DNA of 64,000 nt from Callorhinchus milii (lineage: Eukaryota). Numbering within the stretch: position 1 is the first letter of the stretch; every line of letters begins with the position of its first letter. Shown piece after piece: positions 54,454-64,000 of this stretch. The notes beneath the pieces were generated by a model. That model was not told where the DNA came from. It was given only the letters and a program-made list of their open reading frames with translations, and searched no databases. Where the stretch lies: the NCBI RefSeq assembly GCF_018977255.1, contig NW_024704743.1, positions 58,902,001-58,966,000 of the forward strand. The letters run 5' to 3'. The position numbers and the translations under genes were made by a program.

Positions 54454-55069
54454 GACTGCTCTTAGTCTCTGTGGGAGAAGGGCAGGTGAAGGCATGTAAA
54501 ATAAATATAGCAACAATAATCTTATAATGATCTTCAAGTAGCCTCAATTGCTCGGTGGATAAAGCCACATCTCAAGCATGATACTGAGCATATATAAGGC
54601 ATGTTTGATCGCTTATCTGTGCTGAGCTGGATGACCTCAATTGGTGGAAATAAGTAGGAGTGGTGTTAGAGAAGGATGACAATCCAGAGAATGTTTTGGG
54701 AGGTCAGCTGGTTGTCTCACACATTCAGTATCCAAGAAAAGTTGGTGTCCACCGCAACCCTCAGTTACCAATAAGAAACAACAATTGGGACTGATGCCCC
54801 TTGTATCTTCCAATTAATACTTTCAATGGCTTCTCTTGAGCAATGCAGAACTATTATTCCGCACTTGGGGGCATCCACCATCATGTTCCACCAGGTGGCC
54901 CAGTGTTCATGATGATGATTTCAGCACAAAAGGTCCAGGTGAGTCCACCAGCAGCACAATATTGTCTGCAAACAGAAGACTCTCAATCCAACCAGAAAGG
55001 CCTGGCATATATACACCAAGTTACCCGCAAAACTTTGCTGACAATGTAATGATATTATAGATATTACTG

Positions 55070-55395
55070 ATAAAGAGCCTTTCTCAAAGCACTTCACAGG
55101 ATATAATGTAGAGTTCAGTGTCTGTGTATACCAATGTCCCACAAATGGCCATGAATTGAAAGACCAACTTCATTTAGGGGATTGTTTGCCAATGGACACT
55201 GGGGGAAATTCCTTCTCATTCTGAATAGTGCTATGGGACCTTTTAACGTCCAACTGAACAGGCACAGATGGGGCCTTGGATTAACTTCTCATCCGAAGAA
55301 CAGTATCTCCAACAATGCAGCACACCAGTTAACCTAGGCTACTGGGAGTTCAAAGTTTTGATGCTGGCTTGAACCCAAACCCAGAGACGGGTATG
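55070..55395 (-). mobile_element. Ancient Deu-domain SINE
   Basis: Antisense core GAATAGTGCTATGGGACCTTTTAACGTCCAACTGAACAGGCA. Confidence 0.7.
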
Positions 55396-55813
55396 CTACC
55401 AATATAATGTCAGACAAGGACAGCCTTGAATACGATTCCCCAAGTTGACAGTAGACTGTCGATAGTCATTGCTTAAGCATGAAAATAAGATTAAAGCATC
55501 GCCATTGGGACAAGATACTGGCAGGAACCCATAGAACTGCACAGTATGAAGAGTACCTTGAGGAGAAGAGGAAGAGGGAATATATTCAATAAGTGAGGAT
55601 AAAATGCTGCTGAAGAGTTTATAGATTAATAAATCCCAATCCAAACACTGCTCTTTGCTGAGTTCTTGTCCTATAGAGCAACCACGATACATTCATTTCC
55701 CAATTACTGAGAATGTCAATAGTACGTGCCGAGGTGAACTTGCTGCAGCAAAATGAGATAGTCTAAATGAGACGAAGGGTTGGGCTGGAGATGTAGATTA
55801 CTACAGTGGTTTG

Positions 55814-55843
55814 CAAAATATTGGTTTAGCAACCAATATTTTG
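55814..55843. repeat. Perfect 13-bp inverted repeat with 4-nt spacer
   Basis: CAAAATATTGGTT-tagc-AACCAATATTTTG. Confidence 0.85.
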
Positions 55844-58487
55844 AATGTGAAAGCAAATTGGATGCCTTCCAAAGTGTGTGCTTTTATCTGCAGCCCCAGA
55901 AACCTGCACAATACCTTAGTCTGATGCCAAATGTTTCAATATCTTGATTAAATCTGTGAAAAGTAATCACTGGATCTCCGTCAACACACCTTGAAAATGG
56001 CCTGGTATCAATAAAGGATTGCTTGAAATTACAACAGTAAATAATGTAATTCAGTTTATACTTCGCTCTGACAGCATAGCATGCACATTAAAAGCAAGAT
56101 GTTCCTCTCCTTTCTGCTCCTACCCTCATCTATTAAACATTCAGCAGATCACCGTGCTTTCCACGCTAACCAGAAGAAAGAAAAGTTACCATCCATTTTG
56201 TATCCTGAAAATAACACAAAGAATTCAGCATTATTGACAGCAGTGCACAGTGTAGGAAATTTTTTAAAGTATGACCTACATTAAATGGCAGGAAATGGCA
56301 AACCTCATTAATGTCCTCCAGTCAAAGAAATTTAAAAAAGAAAAAATGATTATAAAAACAAATTCTATTCTCATCCCCAACAAACCCATGCCAGTTTTCT
56401 AGGCTCTTAGATAAGGTGGCTGATCAGGTAATAGGGGAAGAACTGGAAAGGGATCCAATCCCTGCAAAAAACAACTTTTCACAGCAGCTACAGTTTAGTA
56501 TTAAATAGCAACCAGGCTTGTAAGCCTTTGGTATTGCCTAATGTAAAAGAGGAAAGAAAAACAGTACTTGTTTATTGTTCCTCTGCACTTAACATGTCCA
56601 AATTAGTCAAGTATTCCAAACATATCTTTCACTTTACAGTATATTCTGTGAAGCGCTTTGGGACGTCTAGAAGACATAAAACTCTATATCATATGAAAGG
56701 ATTATTATTATTACATCTTGGACTGGTTTTTACTGGATGCAAAACTGAACCCAAACGAGTCCTGCCATCCTTGTACCGGAAATTACTTAAATTAAATGGC
56801 TTAGGCAAAGTATTCTCAGAACAGCTTGCTAGGATTAACCCGGTGACTAAACTACTGAAAGCAACAGCTTCCCTGGCACTACTTTAATTCCAGATCAAAA
56901 CCATGCACGGCAGCGGTGGTTGGCATCTGGTGATTCTGCTGACAATGCCCCAGGATTGGTAGCTGGGAGGTGTGCTAGGGTGGGCACAGGAGTAGGCTTT
57001 TTCTTGACTGCCCAAATGGCATTGCTCAAACGGGGATTGTGAGGTGTGTGCTCAGCCAGAGTCATGGCTCCCAATGGATCGTCTCCTCCCAGGGAGAGCA
57101 GCTGGTCTCACCAAGACCTAGACTTGCCCAGAGACTTTGTTCATCTTGGATTTTTTTTAAAAAGGGACTCAGCTTGACGATCAAATAGCTTGGTAACCAT
57201 ACAACCATTCTATCTTAAACATTTAAGAATTTTCTACAGTTCCCCGCTAAAGCCTTAATTTGGAAACCAGTTATTTTTAAAATCGAGGGAAATCTGCAGT
57301 CAAATAACATTCGACAGATCTTGTGTTTCGGTAGTTAAAATCTAGAATATTTACATAAACCATTTTTTTTTACACTGATATTTGGCATCCTGTACTGAGC
57401 TGCTTGATTCAGATTGAGAACATTGCTTTGCATCAGCGACAGCAGTAGCTCATCAGCACACACCCTTCAAGTTAATAAAAAAATAAACCACCCAAATATT
57501 TATGCTGTTGGCACGCCACAACAAGGTTCCTGTGGAAAATGTGAGCTACGTCTTTGCATTTGTTTTTCTGGTATGAAGTGTACAGGCCTGTATGGTTGTT
57601 CTACATCATAAGTGCTTCAGTCCACAGTTATCCTTCTATTTTTTTCTATTTTCCCTTGTGGCACTTCAGAAGAGATTTGTGAGGAACCACGAGGCAATGA
57701 CTGGTAACTTGTACATCTCTATTCACGTTTAGAAGAACTGAGGAGACCTTTTACCTCACAGATCTTTCAATTTTGCCGTAGAAGAGAGAGATGATCTCTT
57801 CGCAATACTTTACCATTTAGATTTCTTCCCACCTTTCAGGCTTCTATTGGGAGCTGGTTTCCACTGCTCAAATTATGACTGAATTGTAAGAAAACTGTAC
57901 AGGAACATCAACCAAGCAATACTCCCATATATCTGCACTTTCCAACAGGTCACTGGATAGTAATGGGAGTAACTCTGCCAAGTCCTTCTTTCCCAGGTTT
58001 TGGGATGTTGAGGCCAACCGTGGTCCCTCGTGGGCCCTCATTACCATCCGGGCTAAGATACCCCACCACCCCCATCAGCAATGGGAACTAAACTTGGACT
58101 TTTCAGATGGGATTATTTCCATGAGTGACTCTGTGGGGATGGGAAACTGACTGACTGAACCACCCTCTTGAGTTATTGCTGAGAAAATCTCAAGAACTGT
58201 GCAGAATCCTCATTCTCCTTGGTAAACATACAATTGACCAGGCCAGAAGGGGACAAGTGTCCACACTGAAAAATACTTGTAAAAGACTCAGTGTACTGAG
58301 TTTGTTGATGTATTATTGTTAACCACTTGAGCACAAAGAGATGTGGTGATCATGCAGGGTTAGCACTTAGCATCAGAAAATCTTACCAAAGATTTACTGC
58401 TCGGCCTATACATTAGTTCAACACATATGCTAATTTCAAATTTAATAAAAAGTCTCATCAAGCATAACATTTCCACTTCCTGGATCC

Positions 58488-58640
58488 TGGAGTTCAGTAG
58501 CTTAGTGGTTAGAGCACTCGTCTCACAAGCGAGAGAACCTGCGTTTAATTCCCGGGCAGGGCGAAAGTTTGGGCAAGTTTCCTTACTCCACACACCTGTT
58601 TACCGAGCAGTAAGTAAGAACCCGGTTGTTAGTCGATTGG
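58488..58640 (+). mobile_element. tRNA-derived SINE (long subfamily), 5' half only
   Basis: Head plus middle block ending at GTTAGTCGATTGG. Confidence 0.85.
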
Positions 58641-58671
58641 AGAGTTGGGGGGACTCCGGGATGGAGTTATT

Positions 58672-59021
58672 TATAATAATAATACTTGCATTTGATATAG
58701 CACCTTATCGCATCTTTGAGACGTCTCTAAGCACTTCACAGGATATACTTGTAAACTGAATTGATTGTATATTTTGTGGGCAAAGGTGGTAGCCAATTGT
58801 GCACAGCAGTGCGCAGTCATGGATTGATTCATTATAATTATGATCTTTTTGTAAGGGATTTTTTACCCCCAGAAAAGTAATCCACCAATTGTCCAACAAC
58901 TGGGTTCCTACTTACTGCTAGGTAAACAGAGGCCTGTGGAATAATGAAACTTGGCCGGGAATTGAACCCAGGTCCTCTCGCTTGTGAGGCGAGTGCTCTA
59001 ACCACAGAGCTACAGGACTCC
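58672..59021 (-). mobile_element. tRNA-derived SINE (long subfamily)
   Basis: Head GGAGTCCTGTAGCTC at 59021, middle block, and (TTA)n tail at 58672. Confidence 0.88.
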
Positions 59022-59452
59022 AGAAATGCAGCATCTGAAATACAATGATTTGAGTCAAATAAAACCATAGGTCTCAAAACCCCTGCAATCTCAACTTTTC
59101 TGATACCATAGCATTAAAATTTTAGATTGTGTAGAATTTGCGAAACGTCTTAAATTCAATCAGTTTTCCATAGATCTTAATTCTGAGGCACTTAATAATT
59201 ATCTCTCAAAGAGTACAGCCAAAGAGGCCCATGAGCAAGAAGGGAAGATGTGAAAATAGGAGGGAAAAGAGTAAGAAAAGCAATGCACCCTTTGTATCAT
59301 AACATGTAGAGGCAGCATTAAATTTACTCGATTACAATCCATGGTTATGGCAATCAAAAACAGGGACAATTTGTCTTACAAAATGAGACCAAATCTGAAA
59401 TTTTCCAATATTCTGCACAATCTTAAATGTTGAGACAATGATCAGGCCTACA

Positions 59453-59499
59453 GCACATTCATGATCACACCACACCAAAATGTGTGATCATGAATGTGC
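59453..59499. repeat. Perfect 18-bp inverted repeat with 11-nt spacer
   Basis: GCACATTCATGATCACAC-cacaccaaaat-GTGTGATCATGAATGTGC. Confidence 0.9.
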
Positions 59500-60993
59500 C
59501 AGAGTGGTTAGAGCACTCGCCTAATGAGAATTGGTAATTGTAAATAATAATTGTGCAGCTCCAATGTAGGGTGCTTTACTATTTTCACTTAGAACACAGT
59601 TGCACTGTTGACCTTGTTCACTGCACAATCCTGTAGCTGGTCCACTCGCTTCCTGCGCACCAACCGGCTTTACATACTGAAATGGCTGATTTGCAGGTCA
59701 CCCTCGGTGTCACTTCCCGCTTTGCTGCACATGAAGCCAGTGACGCCAAAAAGCATCAGGTATGACCTAAATGACCCGGACATCGACCATTTTAGTTTCC
59801 TACCCTAAAAACACAATGCACACCAGCTGGATCTATGTGCAATATCACCCTCTTATTGTGTCTTGCTGTAGCGCGGGTGGGATTTTATGAATCCTAACAC
59901 CATCTTGGAATGCAGCTGAATGTAGAACTGAACCATGTTGTGTCAGCAAATAGGTATGGTATGTCGTTCATCAGTTATCAGAAAAGACAGGAGTAAAAAA
60001 AAGCTGAGGAAACAAAAGAAAGTAAAGAAGAATAACATTTATACATACTTTAAAAAAAAGACTTCAACAGAATTGCAGAACACAAGAATTAATTTTGTTT
60101 AAAAAAAGGCCTTTCTGGCTTTAAGAAAATCCACATCCCTAACAAAACATTTCTTTCAATTTTCAGCTAAGGACCCTTGCCTCAAGCAAAATTTTGTCTT
60201 TCCATTTTGCACGGTTTCTGCATGTCCTGACATCACAACTTCTTCTGCGAAACGGCCACCACCTTTGACAGGATTCTCATTCAATGAGATCAAGGTTGCT
60301 GTCAAGGGGAAGCTTGAACCACAAGCCCAGCATTACATCATTTTCCTACATGTCTTTGTTGGGGGAAAAACACCTCATGGTCACCCGGGCGACTTAAATA
60401 AGCAGCCACTGATTGCTCTGATCAGAGGCACAACAGGCGCCTGAAAAACACTCACACAAATTCAAAACATCGAGAAATGAGTGATGTAATCAAATGAATT
60501 ATGTCACCAGTGGGATTTAATGCCCTCCCGAGAAGCTACCAATGGGATCCATGCATGGAGTGAATAAACAGAAGCTCGCCAGTGACTGAGTTCACCTGTG
60601 CAATAAAGTATGAGAGCTCAGCGGTGCCCACACAGCTAAACATACGTGTCCTCCCCCTCGTTTAGCAATCGTGGAGAGAAGCACTGCCACGTCTCTGGCA
60701 GTCGACAGCACATCCCGTCGACCATCAAATAAGATTATTTTCAACAATATGCTTGGAAAAGCCAGCCCTCCCAAATATTCCCAATCACGTGACTTTAAAC
60801 AAAAGGCAATCTTGTCGGATTCAGTGTTGACTAAAAACTGCGTGAATCTAATTAAGCTCAAGTGGACTTTATGGGTGTTAGCAAGGGCATAATCAGTCTT
60901 CACAATTCATAACCTGTTAGAAGATAACAAGCATTGGGTTAAGTTAAACATACATCCTAGTAAACCTTGTATTTAAGGGAACTTTGTACTCAC

Positions 60994-61146
60994 CCTCGAT
61001 AGCTCCTCCTTTTCTCCATTGTCTTTGATGAACATTCTTTCGATCTCCTGATTTATCCCCTCTACACTGTTCTGCACGCGGGAGATGGCAGACTTTGAGA
61101 CAGTAATGTTTGATGCTGGGCCTGGGATGAATCTTGCTGCAGAAGC
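60994..61146 (-). CDS. GLCCI1: GLCCI1 coding exon (equivalent to human exon 5)
   Basis: Minus-strand acceptor ccccattctAG and donor AGG|GTGAGT; 153 nt, phase 0-0. Encodes ASAARFIPGPASNITVSKSAISRVQNSVEGINQEIERMFIKDNGEKEELSR, with the FAM117-family SVEGxNQExE motif. Confidence 0.92.
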
Positions 61147-61260
61147 CTAGAATGGGGAGGAGAAGAAAAATAGGGTAAACAGTTCATAGAAGAGTTTTGA
61201 GTAATGCACACAATACACCCTAAAAAGCTTGAAATCCTTCATGGTCTTAGCCAGGGTTTT

Positions 61261-61565
61261 ATAATAATAATAATCCTTGCATTTGATATAACACTTTTCA
61301 CGCCTTCTAGACGTCTCAAAGCGCTTCACAGAATATACTGTAAAGTGAATTGACTGTATATTTGTGGGTGAAATGCAGCAGCCAATTGCACATAGCAGTG
61401 TCCCACAAACAGTCGTTGATTGAAAATAACCAATTTTTTATTGTTTTGGAGGGATTATTATTAGGCGTGTGGAGTAAGGAAACTTGCCCAAGGTTTTGCC
61501 CTGCCAGGAATCAAACCCAGGTGTCTCGCTTGCAAGGCGAGTGCTCTAACCAGAGCTACAGGACT
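61261..61565 (-). mobile_element. tRNA-derived SINE (intermediate subfamily)
   Basis: Full body with hairpin loop TAGAA; lies 115 nt upstream of a GLCCI1 acceptor. Confidence 0.9.
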
Positions 61566-64000
61566 TAATATTTATATATCCAGCACCAATCAGCAATAGC
61601 AGCATGTAGGAATGAACTGCAGGGATATATTCTTGGATACGCCATGCTCAATTAAGGGTTTATAATAGTAGATGTGAATAGTACGAGGTCCAATAAAAAT
61701 TGTGCAAAATAATTTCAATGCAAATCGTATAGGCAGATAATGGTATTTAAGAGTAGCTTTCACTGAGCTGGAATGTTGAATTATTTGGGACACCATTTGG
61801 CCATTCCATTGCCTTAAAATTTAAGGTTGTGACAAATTTCTGAAAATTCTCAAGTTAAGTTTTAATTTACGAAGCTAGTTTACAAAAAAGAGGAAAAACA
61901 TTTTTTTCCAAAATAAGTATGAACTGAGGTCTGATAGCAAGAAAGTAGAATGTGAATTGTGATGGGAGAGGAAGAAAAACAGTGGGAAAACATCAAGGTG
62001 TCAACACCTGGACAGATATCACATTTTATTTCACTTGTAATGTAAGTGTTGGCTTGGCTTGGCTGGCAGCACCACTATTTGAAAAGAGAAAGGTCCAAAA
62101 TCCTGACCAACAATCCACAGATGAAAAAATTGGTCATTCATTTCGTGATTATTGGTGGGACATTGCTTGTGAAGCTGTTTTTTTATTTTTTTTATTTTGA
62201 TGTGATCAGGTGCTATATCGAGGCACTATTTTATTATTGAAAGCACAATTCAATATATCAAAATTTTGTGATGGCAAATGCACCACAAATACTGTAGGAA
62301 TTTTATATGGGATTTCTCCAGTTTGTACAGTAGGATCACAGAACAAAGATGCCTGGAAGGTATTGGTGATCAAGCGTACAATAATGGTACTGATGTGTGT
62401 TATCCACTTCAAATCTGTTCTTAGCAATAAGGTAGAAATTCAATGCACATCCAAAAATCTGTAACATTACCAATTCTGACTTCAGGCATTTTTACCAACT
62501 GTTCTGAGTTTTAATTAGGTCCCTAGAGTTGCGTCACAACAGCAAATGTCAAATTACATTGTCACATTCACCCAAACATACAAATCACATCAAGGAAAAT
62601 TCGAAAAACTTCTAAAGAGCCTGAAAGTATTGACTTCCACAGACAGATTCTAGATATATAGACAAGAACAGCTAGATACAATTTCTGCATGCTTCAAATG
62701 CATACTGTAAAAAAAAATAAGGGAATGTGAATTATGTTCTGTAATGAAAACAACAAAAAGTGAATATCATAATATAAGTAACAGAGGATGGCTTTTCATT
62801 TCCTTCTTATGGCCTATCACAAGAGAGCTGCAGATGTATGGGGTCCCTAGGCCCATTTGAACTAATTCTTCCAGAATACCCACCCTCATCTGTCTAATAA
62901 ACTATGCATTCAATTGTGAATTCCCAGAAGGATTACTAAATAGTGAGTCTCAGATGTGTTGTGGCTGACTGTAGAAATCAGTCACCAATCTCAGTTCCAG
63001 CTTCACACTACCAGAGAAAACTACTCCAGCTCATCTGGGATTCACTATTTACAAATCCTTTTGTGATTTTCTCAATTTAAACCCCAATGTAATTTTTTTT
63101 TAAAAAATGATAAAAATGAAATTAAATGATAAAAATGAATTAATATTGTCACAGAATTATGCAGCAAAAAAGGAGGCCATTCAATTACCATGTCTGTGAT
63201 ATCTGAAAATAAGCTATCCATTTATCCCCATTGCCTCCGCTTTCATATTTTTCTTTTTAAAAAACGTCCATTGTCTTTTGAAAACCCTTTTGGATTCTGC
63301 ATCGTCAATTTGATTTTTGTTTTTAAAAAAAGTGGACTTAATTATGAAGCAAAATTAATGAAGAATGTGGAATGATTTCTTCAGTCCACTCTTTTCCACA
63401 AAAGAGAAAATGCAGAAAAGTTTTAAATTTACACTCAACTTCGATCCAGAAAGAACAACCACTACCCATTCCGAATGGATGAATGGAATTGTGAACTTGC
63501 TGACATAAAATGTATGCTAGGCATGTTAGGTTATCCTCCAGGGATCCAATATACAGTCATGTAGTGATGCAATATCAACTCCAATAGCATAATGCTGAGA
63601 AATGGAATAGAAAGCATGATTGTCATCTCACTGCAGTTACATTTTCCTATTATGTTGAAGTACCAACTTCACAGTACTAACTTCCTGTATTAAGCAGTGT
63701 ACAACATTTCCCATTTTAACTTAAAATATGACTTTTTAAAAAGTATATTGTTTGTAAATTTACTCCATAAAATATAGAAACATATTACATATTAAACTAA
63801 AGGGAAATTCAGATACATGCATACAACTCCTCACATTTTTCTTCATCTTATTTTCGTCTGATTCAATATCAAGTGAACATGACCGTTTTGTTGGCAAATT
63901 TGTCAGCCATTTGTGCCAGCAAGATCCTAGAAAACAGTCATGAGGTGTATGACCAATTTATGTGGAGGAATGTAGTCCAGAACACTGACAGAAACTATCT

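Overview
This is vertebrate genomic DNA, not prokaryotic. The repeat content (tRNA-headed Deu-domain SINEs, abundant L2 and CR1 LINEs) suggests a cartilaginous fish, probably a chimaera such as Callorhinchus; the taxon is an inference. The window holds the 3' ends of two convergent spliced genes. ICA1 (+ strand) has its last three coding exons at 2789-3052, 7414-7509 and 9607-9728. GLCCI1 (- strand) has its last four coding exons at 61146-60994, 49278-49068, 34586-34466 and 30516-30165, followed by a ~1.9 kb 3' UTR. This is the same tail-to-tail pair as in human. The rest is intron or intergenic DNA dense in decayed retroposons, and almost all entries in the ORF track are spurious or LINE/SINE fragments. 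I see no CRISPR, phage, defence or other new multi-gene system. The most interesting signals are: a modular SINE lineage whose youngest form shares a covarying 3' stem-loop with the local L2; a 96-nt ICA1 exon that resembles one in ICA1L; a candidate 90-nt GLCCI1 cassette exon; a decayed partial copy of the GLCCI1 last exon; and a minisatellite built from a splice acceptor. Exon boundaries are base-exact by hand; repeat boundaries are approximate. Comparisons with human proteins and SINE domains are from memory, not from a search.
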